DNA from: a virus
Lineage: Duplodnaviria > Caudoviricetes
DNA: 64,000 nt
Virus record (IMG/VR): IMGVR_UViG_3300025915_000014
Location: 18,522-82,521 of that record
Strand: one strand, 5' to 3'
Each line of letters begins with the position of its first letter. Position 1 is the stretch's first letter. The notes under the pieces are model-generated. The model did not search any database. It was not told the origin of the DNA and worked only from the letters and a program-made list of their open reading frames with translations. Made by a program: the position numbers and the translations under genes. Below are positions 1 to 9,349 of this stretch, one piece after another.

Positions 1-372
1 CGGGCGCGGGTAGGGCGGCGCCGAGGTGGTGGCGTGCGTCGCCGCGGGGGTCTGCGGCGCCTCCGCGGGCGCCAGCACGTACCGCTCCTCGGGTGGGGTG
101 ACGGTGCCCGACCGCGGCAGGTCCGCCGCGACGAACACGACCGCGAGGACGGCGACCACGAAGCCGGTGATCAGGGTTCGGCCCCAACGGATCCGCTGCG
201 GCGGGCGGCGCCGGTGCCGCCCGCGGGGGGTGCGCGGCGGTCGTACCGGCACCCGATGAGCCGGGGCCCGTCGAATGTGGACCGGGGCGAACGTCATCGT
301 GGGGGTGTCCGCGAGCGGATCCCACTCCTGTTCGGCGAGGACGCCCGGCAGGGACACGTGCACGGTCGGCAT
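1..372 (-). CDS. Membrane-anchored hypothetical protein, runs off window edge
   Basis: Manual translation from ATG372 after RBS GGAAGGAGG: MPTVHVSLPG...GRHRRRPPQRIRWGRTLITGFVVAVLAVVFVAAD...; one hydrophobic segment; no stop before base 1. Confidence 0.6.
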   Translation of the reverse strand, partial: MPTVHVSLPGVLAEQEWDPLADTPTMTFAPVHIRRAPAHRVPVRPPRTPRGRHRRRPPQRIRWGRTLITGFVVAVLAVVFVAADLPRSGTVTPPEERYVLAPAEAPQTPAATHATTSAPPYPRP

Positions 373-446
373 CCGGTCCCCCCTCCTTCCCGCCGAAGGT
401 AAACGGCCGGGAAGGTGGATCTCCGGGGGCGCGCCGCAACGAGTTC

Positions 447-470
447 GGCCCCCGCCGGATGGCGGGGGCC
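447..470. terminator. GC hairpin, putative terminator
   Basis: GGCCCCCGCC-GGAT-GGCGGGGGCC just downstream of 486-650 gene. Confidence 0.6.
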
Positions 471-485
471 GTGGGACCGGGGGGC

Positions 486-650
486 TCAGCCGTACATCTC
501 GGCGGCCAGCTCGCGCAGCCGCTCGACGAGGGCGGCGTCGGCCTGGGTGGGCACCCAGGGGAGTACCTGCACCGGCTGCCCGGCGGCGTTGGTGGTGCGC
601 CCGAAGACGCGGAGCTGGGGGGCGGGGGCCTGGGGCGTGGTAGCAACCAT
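486..650 (-). CDS. Small hypothetical protein, leaderless
   Basis: MVATTPQAPAPQLRVFG...; ATG 6 nt after -10 CATACT. Confidence 0.6.
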   Translation of the reverse strand: MVATTPQAPAPQLRVFGRTTNAAGQPVQVLPWVPTQADAALVERLRELAAEMYG

Positions 651-656
651 GCCACC

Positions 657-686
657 AGTATGCGCGCCGGGCGCGCGAGACTGCAA
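657..686 (-). promoter_or_regulatory. Promoter with palindromic operator (662-676) in spacer
   Basis: TTGCAG-18nt-CATACT; spacer holds GCGCGCCCGGCGCGC. Confidence 0.75.
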
Positions 687-687
687 G

Positions 688-885
688 CTAGTCGCCCGGT
701 TCGCGGGCCTTCTCCAACGTCGCCACCCGCTCGGTCAGCTCGGTGATCTGCCGTTGCGCCTGCGTCGCGACCGCCTGCCACTTCGCGGCCTCCAGGTTCG
801 CCGCGCCGACCTGTTGCGCGTGCAGCGCCTGCAAGTACACGAGCAGCTCCTGCCAGTCGAGCTGCATCCCGTTCGGTGCGCTCAC
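688..885 (-). CDS. Small coiled-coil hypothetical protein
   Basis: 65 aa, heptad-like QAQRQITELTERVATLEK; overlaps upstream stop. Confidence 0.65.
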   Translation of the reverse strand: MSAPNGMQLDWQELLVYLQALHAQQVGAANLEAAKWQAVATQAQRQITELTERVATLEKAREPGD

Positions 886-1175
886 AGCACGCCCGCGAGT
901 TGCTTGGCGAACGCCCGGAAGTCCTGCGCGGTGGGCAACGCCTGCTCACCGCGGTAGATGGCGGCCAGCTTCGCCAGATCACTGAACGCCGACTTGAGCA
1001 CGGCCACATCCCCGCTCGTGTAGTTGATCGGGGCCGCGGTCAGGTCCGTGTCCGGGGTGGCGTCCAGGAAGGCCTTGAAGGCGACGATCTGATCGAACAG
1101 GTTGCGCACCCCCACCGCGAGCGCCCCCGACCGGTCGTCGATGTCGGCGCGGGTCTTCGGATACCCGACGGCCAT
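882..1175 (-). CDS. Hypothetical protein downstream of tail fibre
   Basis: MAVGYPKTRADIDDRSG... preceded by AGGAGG RBS. Confidence 0.7.
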   Translation of the reverse strand: MAVGYPKTRADIDDRSGALAVGVRNLFDQIVAFKAFLDATPDTDLTAAPINYTSGDVAVLKSAFSDLAKLAAIYRGEQALPTAQDFRAFAKQLAGVL

Positions 1176-1183
1176 GCTTCCTC

Positions 1184-3529
1184 CTAGGCGATCTTGGCGC
1201 GCTTGCCGGACGCGAACAGCGCATAGACGGAGCCCGCGTCCACGTACAAGGTGGCGCCGGTGGTCGGCGGCGGCGGCGGCGTCGCCAGCTCCGGTATCCA
1301 CTTGGGACCGTTGACCGCCTTGTCGATGCGGTCGTGCACGTCGCTCTGGCCCTGCCACAGCAGCGTCACCAGACCGTCCAGGGAGATGCCGAGCGACTCA
1401 GGTTCCCCGGGCAGGATCGGCCCGATGTTGTGCTGCACCACCTCCGGCACGTCCTCGGCGATCAGCCCGAACTGTGTCGGGGCCTCCCGCGGGCCGCGCT
1501 TGAGGGTGCCGTCGCTGTAGTAGACGGGGCCCTCGTCGCCGATGTTCTTCTGGAAGTAGCACGCCTTGGCGGCGCGCACCGCCTGCCGCGGGTCGAGATC
1601 CTGCGCCGGGGTGATGTTGCGCTTGATCGTCTGGCTGGACGAGGAGACGACCGTGCCGTCATAGACGACCGACCACACCCCGAGGTCCTTGCGCTGGGTC
1701 ACGTTGTTGCCCACGATCCAGAACCGTTCGTTCAGCCCGGACCCGGCGATGTCGGCGAAGGTCACCCCGATGTTGTTGTTGACCGCCGCGAAGTGCGCCT
1801 CGTCGTGCCCGGACCCACCCGAGCGCGAGTTGTTGTAGTAGAGCAACGTATCGCTGATCATGCTCGTGCCGTGCGTGACCATGAACCGGAAGCCCGGGTC
1901 GGAGCCCTGGTCGACGTCGGCCATCATGTCGAACTGGTAGCCGCGGATCCGCCCGGCCGTGGACGAGGCGCCGGACGAGACGAAGATGTCGGTCTTGATC
2001 GTGGCGAAGAGGTTCGTCGGGTCGGCGTAGATGAGCGAGGCGTAGTCCTCGCGGGCGATGCAGATCCCGCGCAGCGTGCCGCTCGACGCGCCGTACATCA
2101 TTATTCCGGCGTAGTTGCCGCTCGACACGATCGAGTCGATCGAGGCGTACTGGGAGCCGGTGCTCGGGTAAAACCGCACGGTGTCCGGGTTGTTGCCGCC
2201 CGGGTTCATCACGATCCGGGTCCCGGACAGCGCGGTCTGGACGCTGCCGATGGCCAGGAAGTCGCCGGTGGCGCTGTTCAGCCACAGCGTCCGGTTGCCG
2301 GAGCCGTCGAAGCCCTGCAAGCCCGCGGTGGGGTGCAGCTCCACGCGGGCCCCGGTCAGGGTTCCGGCGATGACCCGCGATGCCACCACCAGATCGGCTT
2401 GCAGCTTGGAGGCGGTGACCGAGCCCGCGGCTATCTGCCCGGCGGTGACCGAGTTGGCGGCCAGCTCCGCGGTGTTCACCGCCAACGCGAGGATCTCCCG
2501 GGAGGTGACCGCGTCGGCGGCGATGGTCCCGGCGGACACGGCGTCGGCGGCGATCGTCCCGGCCTGCACCGCCCCCGTGGCGATCTTCCCGGCGATCACG
2601 GATCCTGCGGCCAGCTCGGTGGCGCCGATGGAGGTCGCGGCCACCTCGCGGGCGGTCACCGCATCGGCGGCGATCTTCCCGGCACTGACGGAGTCGGTGG
2701 CGAGCGACGTCGACTGCACCGCCCCCGCGATGATCTTCGGGGTGCTGATGGAGCCGTCCGCTATCTGCGTGGTGGTGACCGCCCCGGCCGCGAGCTTCGC
2801 GGTCGTCACCGCGTTGGCCGCGAGCTGCGTGGCCGTCACCGCATTGGCCGCGATCTTCGTGACGTCGATCGCGTTGACCGCCACCTTGGCCGTCGCCACC
2901 GCCCCGTCGGCGATCTTCAACGTGCTGATCGCGCCGTCCAGGATGTCCTGCCCCACCACCTGCGACGGGGTCGCCGGGCCGCCCTGCAAGGAGGTGGTCG
3001 AGGTGGAGCGCGTGCCGGTGCCGGTGTTCGCCGCGGGCTCCGCCGCGTTCGTGGCGATCAGCACCGCGTAGTAGGGGGCGCTGGTGTCCAGCGGCGCCAC
3101 CGGGATGGACCCGGAGTCGGGCAGGGTGCCCTGGAAGTTGGTGGGGCCCGGGATGAAGTTCGCCGTGCCCGAGAGGTACACCTCGACGTTTTTGAAGTTG
3201 GCCGGTCTGTCGGCGGTGGAGAACGTGCCGTTCCACGACACGACGATGCCGGAGTTGATCGGCGCCAGGTCCGGGGTGTTCGGGCGCGGCGGCGGGCTCG
3301 CGTTCTGGTAGGTGAGGCCGGTGGTGCCGTCGTCCTGCACCCCGACGATCCCGGTCAGCACCCCGTTCGCGTCCCGGATCGGCATCGTCCCCATGATCGT
3401 GGTGGAGCCGAGCTGCGCGGTGCGGAGCTGCTCGTACAGCGCCGTGATGTCCCCGTCGATCGAGGCCAGCCGGTCGGCGAGGCGGCGCTCCGCGGGCGAG
3501 GGCAGCACCCGGTAGGCGGGGGTGGTCAT
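1184..3529 (-). CDS. Tail fibre/minor tail protein with 10-aa repeats and C-terminal S74-type intramolecular chaperone domain
   Basis: About 18 decapeptide repeats (IAANAVTATQ/LAAGAVTTTQ); C-terminal SSQTIKRNI...QFGLIAEDV...GISLDGLVTLLWQG. Confidence 0.8.
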   Translation of the reverse strand: MTTPAYRVLPSPAERRLADRLASIDGDITALYEQLRTAQLGSTTIMGTMPIRDANGVLTGIVGVQDDGTTGLTYQNASPPPRPNTPDLAPINSGIVVSWNGTFSTADRPANFKNVEVYLSGTANFIPGPTNFQGTLPDSGSIPVAPLDTSAPYYAVLIATNAAEPAANTGTGTRSTSTTSLQGGPATPSQVVGQDILDGAISTLKIADGAVATAKVAVNAIDVTKIAANAVTATQLAANAVTTAKLAAGAVTTTQIADGSISTPKIIAGAVQSTSLATDSVSAGKIAADAVTAREVAATSIGATELAAGSVIAGKIATGAVQAGTIAADAVSAGTIAADAVTSREILALAVNTAELAANSVTAGQIAAGSVTASKLQADLVVASRVIAGTLTGARVELHPTAGLQGFDGSGNRTLWLNSATGDFLAIGSVQTALSGTRIVMNPGGNNPDTVRFYPSTGSQYASIDSIVSSGNYAGIMMYGASSGTLRGICIAREDYASLIYADPTNLFATIKTDIFVSSGASSTAGRIRGYQFDMMADVDQGSDPGFRFMVTHGTSMISDTLLYYNNSRSGGSGHDEAHFAAVNNNIGVTFADIAGSGLNERFWIVGNNVTQRKDLGVWSVVYDGTVVSSSSQTIKRNITPAQDLDPRQAVRAAKACYFQKNIGDEGPVYYSDGTLKRGPREAPTQFGLIAEDVPEVVQHNIGPILPGEPESLGISLDGLVTLLWQGQSDVHDRIDKAVNGPKWIPELATPPPPPTTGATLYVDAGSVYALFASGKRAKIA

Positions 3530-3555
3530 GCGCTCATCATGGGCACTCGCCGCCG

Positions 3556-6500
3556 CTAGTTCCCGAACCCCGACCGGCGCGTCAGCGTCAACGCCGCCAC
3601 CCCGGTATCCGGGTCGTACTCGATGGTGATGATCCGATGCCACTGGGCGAACGCCCCGTAGTAGGGCAGCCGCACCCGCGGCAGGATCTCATCGCCGCAC
3701 GCGAACGTCCCCCACGGCGCGTTGGGGTGCCGCACGTTCACGGCGATCTGCGCTATCTCCTCGATGGCGGCCAGCCGCAGCGCGACCTCCATCGCGGCCC
3801 GCGACGTCGCCGACTTCGCCGTCATGATCCGCTGGTCGGTGACGACGGTCGGCATCCGCAGCCGGTCCGCGATGGTGGTCCCCGAGTAGCCGATGATCGA
3901 ATCAACGCCGGTGCCCGCCCCCTTCACATACGCCGAATCCGCGTACTGATCGTCGGGTTCCTCGAAGGCGCCAACCTCGAAGATGTTCTCCCCCTGGGTG
4001 AAGTTCAGCGCCGGGCGGCGCACCCCGAGCTGCGGGGACTGGCAGGTGATCCGATGCCACACCACGTTCTTGGTCGCCGGGTCGGCGTAGCCGCACTCCT
4101 CGATGTAGTCGAACGGGGTGTCGGTGCCCAACCTGTCGATGATCTGCCCGATGGCGGGCAGCTCGAAGCCGCGGATGAAGTAGGGCCCGTCGGCGTTGAA
4201 GATGTCCTTGATCGCCTTGTCGCTCTCCGCGGCCACGTACTTGTCCAGGAACGCCTCCTGCAACGCCCGGCCCTGACCCAGCCCGCCCTGGGCGAGGAAG
4301 TCGTTCATCAGGCTCTGATGCCAGGTGTTGACCTCGTCGGGCATCCCCGGCCACGACCAATCGCCGTTGACGAACTCGTTGGTCTTGAGCTTGGCGGAGA
4401 TCTCCGCCGCGGCCCGCGGCCGGTCCGGGAGCTGCGGGGTGCTGGTCGGCGCCACCGGCGGATCCCCGATCAGCACCCCGGACGCCCCGGCCACGGTGAG
4501 CCCGAGGTTGCCGCGCGGGAATGACTGGATGTGCTCCCACAGCTTGCGCACCACGTCGATCGGGTCGACCTGCACCCCGACGTAGTCGGTGACGTACGGG
4601 ATGCGCGCCGCGTACGCGGACGGCCCGACCGCGGTGATGCTCATGGTGCCGTCCTCTTCGGTGGAGGGCGGCATCAGGATTCCCGACGCGCGCACGTCCC
4701 CGCCCTGCTCCACGTGCAGCCAGGTGCCCCACGGCGGCAGCGCCACCAGCAGCTCCCCCAGCTCGGCGTTCTCCGGGGCGATCGAGCCGCTGATGGCGTT
4801 CGGGCCGGACAGCCGGTAGGTGAGCTTGAGCCCGTCGATCGGGAGCTCGCGGTGCACCCACGTGTTGCCGATGATGGTCTGCGCCATCACCCGCACCCCG
4901 CTGGACACGATGATCGGCGGGATGCCGCGCGCCGACGGGGCGGAGCGGGTGCCGATGATCCCGACGGTGATCGGCCGGATGATCAGGCCCACCTTGGCGG
5001 GGGAGAACGCGGTGCCGCCGCCGAACGCCGACCCGACGACCATGCCGACCGCGACGGTGCCCAGCGGCACCACGTGCGACACCGTCACCGGGTTGATCAC
5101 GACACCGACGGCGGGCGGCGCGCCCAGGGTGATCCGGCGTTGCAGATCGAGCGGCTGGATGAGCAGCCCGATCGGGACCGGGATGGTGCCGATGCTGTGC
5201 GACACCAGGACCTTGGCGCCGCCCGCCGCCCCGGAGGGGGCCGCGGTGCCGGTCTTCGGGTTCGCCCGACCGACCGCCTTCGCCCCGCCCGGTGCGCCCC
5301 GCGGCACACCCGCGCCCGTCTTGGTGCTGACGTGCGTGATGACCTTGCCGCCGCCCGGGGCGCCGCGCGCTGCCGCCGTGCCGGTCTTGAGGATCGGCGG
5401 GACGTAGGCCTGGTCGAGCTTGAGGAAGACGATCGTCGCGATGGCGGACCCGGACGATCCGGTGCTGGTGTCGGTCTTGTTGTAGGCGCCCGCCTTCAAG
5501 TAGCAGTTGGTCGGCTCGGTGAAGCTGGCCGCGGTGTAGCTGAACTGGGGCGTGCTGGGCAGGTTCGAGGCCGGGCCGACGCAGCCGTAGATGTTGACGT
5601 TGCCGCCGGTGATCTCGATCCGGGTGGTGATCAGATCGGTGGTGCTGATCGAGGTGAGCAGGTTCCCGACGCTGGGCCCGTTGACGAACAGCCGCACCCG
5701 GGACGGGCTGGCGTCGTAGTCGACGGTGATGTAGATGGGCGGGGTGCCGCCGGTGGCATGGATCTGCCCGATGATCATTACCTTTTGCGGGGCGGATCCG
5801 CCGACAATGCTCGTCGGGTCGTAGTAGGCGGAGACGGTCTGCTGGCGGCTGGTGGTCGCCATGTCCCACGCCGAACGGGTCTGGCTCCCGATGACGCCGT
5901 CCCACTCGCGGAACTCGTCACGGACCCCGGTGGAGCCGCTTGTCGTGGCGCCGTTGACGGGCGCGGTGAGCACCAGCCGGTTCGAGCCGTCCAGGTAGAA
6001 GTAGGTGGGGTCCTGGTAGCTGTTCAGCGCCGGTTGGACGATCTCGTCGGCGTCCGGGTGCGGGGTCGCGATGTCGACCGGGATGGTGAGGCTGTAGTTG
6101 CTGATGCCGAACACCGCGCCCGGCGCCTTGGTCACGACCTTGCCGCCGCCCGGCGCGCCCCGCGCCGCGGACGTGCCCGTCTTGGTGTACGTCGTCCCGG
6201 ACGGCGGCAGGTACGGCACCGCCACCGTGATCGACACCCACTGCTCGGCGGTGCCCAGGCTGACCGCGCCCGGGGTGAACGACGACACCGCGGTATAGCC
6301 GCGCTCCTGCGTGTTCGTCGCCGCCGACTGCGTCGTCGTCGGGTTCTGCGTGGTGACGTTGGAGAACCCCGACGCGGTCCCGAACGACTGCGTGGTCCCC
6401 GTCGACGAGTCGGTGAAGGAGCACAGCACGCACAGGTAGTCCCCGGTGCCGCCGGACGGGCTGATCGCCGTCGGGGTCGTCGACGAGGCCGAGCCGCCGT

Positions 6501-6834
6501 TGGCGTCGGTCTCCTCCGGTGTGTTCCCGCTCTGAATGGAGATCGAGATGTGGGTGGACTGCTCCGCGGTCGAGGTGTTGACCGTGAGCGCGTCGGAGCC
6601 GGTGGCCCGCTTCCACAGCACGGAGCCGGTGTGGTTGGTGGTGGCGCCCTGCGGGATCGAGGCGAGGATCGCCCAGCCGGTGGAGGAGGTGGAGACCGTG
6701 GCCGTCGCGGTGTCGCTGGCGAACGCGACCAGCAGCAGATCACCGGCCACCGTGGTGGGCAGCGTGATCGGGTGCGTGGTCGAGTCGGAGGTCTGCGAGC
6801 CTTGCGCGCGTGCGCGGACGGTGGCCAGGGTCAC
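3556..6834 (-). CDS. Minor tail protein with PL7 polysaccharide (alginate-type) lyase domain
   Basis: RDEFRE, QIH and YLKAGAYNK match the three PL7 motifs; C-terminal half resembles actinophage minor tail proteins; 4 KTGT..GAPGG repeats. Confidence 0.75.
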   Translation of the reverse strand: MTLATVRARAQGSQTSDSTTHPITLPTTVAGDLLLVAFASDTATATVSTSSTGWAILASIPQGATTNHTGSVLWKRATGSDALTVNTSTAEQSTHISISIQSGNTPEETDANGGSASSTTPTAISPSGGTGDYLCVLCSFTDSSTGTTQSFGTASGFSNVTTQNPTTTQSAATNTQERGYTAVSSFTPGAVSLGTAEQWVSITVAVPYLPPSGTTYTKTGTSAARGAPGGGKVVTKAPGAVFGISNYSLTIPVDIATPHPDADEIVQPALNSYQDPTYFYLDGSNRLVLTAPVNGATTSGSTGVRDEFREWDGVIGSQTRSAWDMATTSRQQTVSAYYDPTSIVGGSAPQKVMIIGQIHATGGTPPIYITVDYDASPSRVRLFVNGPSVGNLLTSISTTDLITTRIEITGGNVNIYGCVGPASNLPSTPQFSYTAASFTEPTNCYLKAGAYNKTDTSTGSSGSAIATIVFLKLDQAYVPPILKTGTAAARGAPGGGKVITHVSTKTGAGVPRGAPGGAKAVGRANPKTGTAAPSGAAGGAKVLVSHSIGTIPVPIGLLIQPLDLQRRITLGAPPAVGVVINPVTVSHVVPLGTVAVGMVVGSAFGGGTAFSPAKVGLIIRPITVGIIGTRSAPSARGIPPIIVSSGVRVMAQTIIGNTWVHRELPIDGLKLTYRLSGPNAISGSIAPENAELGELLVALPPWGTWLHVEQGGDVRASGILMPPSTEEDGTMSITAVGPSAYAARIPYVTDYVGVQVDPIDVVRKLWEHIQSFPRGNLGLTVAGASGVLIGDPPVAPTSTPQLPDRPRAAAEISAKLKTNEFVNGDWSWPGMPDEVNTWHQSLMNDFLAQGGLGQGRALQEAFLDKYVAAESDKAIKDIFNADGPYFIRGFELPAIGQIIDRLGTDTPFDYIEECGYADPATKNVVWHRITCQSPQLGVRRPALNFTQGENIFEVGAFEEPDDQYADSAYVKGAGTGVDSIIGYSGTTIADRLRMPTVVTDQRIMTAKSATSRAAMEVALRLAAIEEIAQIAVNVRHPNAPWGTFACGDEILPRVRLPYYGAFAQWHRIITIEYDPDTGVAALTLTRRSGFGN

Positions 6835-6847
6835 GGGGGGCCCGGCC

Positions 6848-7321
6848 CTAGACGGTGGCCTTGTAGACGAACAGACCGGAGGCGTTGACGGTGAGCACGA
6901 GCGTGGTGCCGTCGGTGGTGGCGGCGATGTCGCAGTAGAACAGCGGAAGCCGGGTGGTGTCGGTCGAGCTGCCCGGGGCCGGGTCGTAGAAGAACACCGC
7001 CCGCGCCAAGGTGTTGTTCGCCGCCCCGCCAGCGTTCGTCCAGGTGATCGTCACATCCGAGGAGGCGGACACCTGATCGGCGGTGTTGTCGATCGTCACC
7101 GCCGGGTTCGTGAGCGTCTTGCGCGCGTAGTTGGTGAAGGTGGCCTCGTCCGCGGTGCCCGCCCAGAGCGCGGTCAGGGTGGTGTAGTCCACGACCGCCC
7201 CGTCGGCCGGGTTCCCGGCCGCCTGCATGAGCGCCACCTGGATGTCGGGGGCCCCGCCCGCGGCCTGCTCCCAGTAGTACTGGAGCTTCCCCTTGTAGGC
7301 GTTCGCCGCCACATTCCCCAT
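6848..7321 (-). CDS. Small tail/fibre-associated structural protein
   Basis: 157 aa in tail operon; DEATFTNYARKTL motif shared with 23507-23965. Confidence 0.65.
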   Translation of the reverse strand: MGNVAANAYKGKLQYYWEQAAGGAPDIQVALMQAAGNPADGAVVDYTTLTALWAGTADEATFTNYARKTLTNPAVTIDNTADQVSASSDVTITWTNAGGAANNTLARAVFFYDPAPGSSTDTTRLPLFYCDIAATTDGTTLVLTVNASGLFVYKATV

Positions 7322-7332
7322 GACGCCGCCCC

Positions 7333-8385
7333 CTAGTACGGGTACCGCTTGAAGTTGATGAACAGGTTCAGATAGACCCCGTTCCTGGTCCCGAGGTCCC
7401 CGAGGTGCAGCGCCGGGTTGAGCATGTGCACCTGCGCCTGCCAGGGCTGCACGGTGCCGCGCATGGACGACGGGATGCTCCAGGTGCCGCCGAGCGGGAT
7501 GACGAACTGCTGCGGACCCGGCCCGGCCGCCTGATCCGCGGACACGTTCTCATCCCACATGATCGTCGGCGTGGTGTTGCCGGTGCCGGAGCCGACCCGG
7601 AACCGGAACTCGCCCCAGGTGTCGTTGTTGTACTGCGGGTTGAAGGTTCCGAAGATGTCGCACTCGACCGCCCAGTCGGGGATGGGCACCGAGAACACCC
7701 CGCCCGCGGGCCAGTCGGTGAATGCGGTCGTGTTGTGGCTAAACGTGGTGACCGTCGGGAAATGGATTGAGTTTGTATATATCTGGCTGGCGATCGGCGG
7801 CGGTGACGTGGGGGGCAGCGTGTCGTCGATGATCCGCTTGCCGGAGAGGTCCACCAGGGAGCGCAGGTCGGTGATGTCCGCGGCCTGCACGATCGAGCTG
7901 TTGGTGCGCTTGATCCGCGCCAGGGTGAGCGCCGTCCAGGTGTTGTTCCAGCTCGTGACGTCGGTGATGTTCGTCGGGGTGACGCCCTCGATGACCCGCG
8001 CCTGCCAGTAGGGCCCGCCGACCGGGTCCGCCGGGATCGGCCACGACCCGGTGCCCACCCCGCCCGCGTACGGGTTCTCCACCCGCAGGATCACCAGGTC
8101 CGTACGGGATGCCCCCGGGGTGGGTGTGACCGGCAGGGTGAGCTGCGAGTCGAACTTGTCCGCGTAGGCCTCGAACGCGATAGCCGTCGCCCTGGAGTTG
8201 ATCACGAAGCCGCCGGGGTCGACGGTCACGAACGCGCCCGGGGTGCCGAGCGCGGACACCTTGCACGACGCCGAGGTGATCACGCCCTGCTGTCCGCGGG
8301 CGGCCATCCACGCCTGGAAGCGCGCGGTCTTGGGGCTATGCCGTGCGTCCTGGTCGATGTACCAGGGAACCCCGCCGGTGGTCAT
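7333..8385 (-). CDS. Minor tail protein
   Basis: 350 aa in tail operon; SRTDLVILRVENPY-type baseplate segment. Confidence 0.7.
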   Translation of the reverse strand: MTTGGVPWYIDQDARHSPKTARFQAWMAARGQQGVITSASCKVSALGTPGAFVTVDPGGFVINSRATAIAFEAYADKFDSQLTLPVTPTPGASRTDLVILRVENPYAGGVGTGSWPIPADPVGGPYWQARVIEGVTPTNITDVTSWNNTWTALTLARIKRTNSSIVQAADITDLRSLVDLSGKRIIDDTLPPTSPPPIASQIYTNSIHFPTVTTFSHNTTAFTDWPAGGVFSVPIPDWAVECDIFGTFNPQYNNDTWGEFRFRVGSGTGNTTPTIMWDENVSADQAAGPGPQQFVIPLGGTWSIPSSMRGTVQPWQAQVHMLNPALHLGDLGTRNGVYLNLFINFKRYPY

Positions 8386-8458
8386 GCTCTCACCCCTCCG
8401 ATCACCCGCGCGATCACGATGCCAGACAGACGCCGCCGCGCCGGGACGCCACGCGCGC

Positions 8459-9346
8459 TCACAGCGACGACCTCGCGGTCCGCCAGAACACGTCCACCCG
8501 CGATGTGCCGGTCGAGTCCAACCCGGACAGCAGCACCTCTTGGCCGCCCGGCGACACCCGCATGTCCGCCAGCCACGCGGACGCCCCGGTCAGATACCCG
8601 GCGAGGTTCGCCCCGTCGGACTGCCGCCGCACCCGGCGCGACCACGGCTGCGGATCCACCAGCACCGAGTCCCCCTTGGCGATCTTCAACCCGAGCTGGT
8701 ACCAGAACGCGCCCGGCACCTCCACCCGCGGCTGATCAATCGGCCCGTACACGCGGGTCGCCAACCACGCCGGGCGGTACCCGTCGATCTCGAACCCGCG
8801 GCTGCCCGAGCCGTTCCCGGAGGCGTACAGCGGCCCGATCAGCGGCCCGACCAGCCCGCCCGTGTCGTCGGGCACCAGCGCCGTCGAATCCGAGTACTCC
8901 GCGTCCGAGTAGACGTGCGGGGTGATCGTCTGGAACTGGGCGGCGACCGGGATGAACCCGACGTGCACGTTCTCCAGGGTCGCGGGCGTGCACGCGCGCC
9001 CGCGCCCGAACACCCGCCGCTGCTCCCCCGTGTCGTGCAGCCGGTAGGAGAACACCTGGTAGGCCTGCGGAATCAGGCGCGTGTTGTCACCCATGAACGC
9101 ATCCGTGAGCTGCGCCAGCAGCTCCAGCGCGTCCCCCTCGCCCGCACCCAAAATCTCGAGCTCGATGTTCAGGGTGCGCCCGCCCAGCCGGTCGATGCCC
9201 ATGAGCTGCCCGTCCTCGCGCGGCATCGGCTTGTCCTGCACGAGCAGCTCCGGGTAGGCCAGGTCGAGCTTCGTGATGTCGATGGCGGTGCCGTAGCCGA
9301 ACACGAAGTCATCCACGGCGGCCTGGTCCTCACCCAACGCGGGCAT
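8459..9346 (-). CDS. Distal tail (Dit-like) minor tail protein
   Basis: Directly downstream of tape measure gene; MPREDGQLMGIDRLGGRTLNIELEI pattern. Confidence 0.75.
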   Translation of the reverse strand: MPALGEDQAAVDDFVFGYGTAIDITKLDLAYPELLVQDKPMPREDGQLMGIDRLGGRTLNIELEILGAGEGDALELLAQLTDAFMGDNTRLIPQAYQVFSYRLHDTGEQRRVFGRGRACTPATLENVHVGFIPVAAQFQTITPHVYSDAEYSDSTALVPDDTGGLVGPLIGPLYASGNGSGSRGFEIDGYRPAWLATRVYGPIDQPRVEVPGAFWYQLGLKIAKGDSVLVDPQPWSRRVRRQSDGANLAGYLTGASAWLADMRVSPGGQEVLLSGLDSTGTSRVDVFWRTARSSL

Positions 9347-9349
9347 CGC

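Noticed and set aside
1184-8385. Diversity-generating retroelement acting on tail fibres
   Set aside because: No reverse transcriptase and no template/variable repeat pair seen in the window
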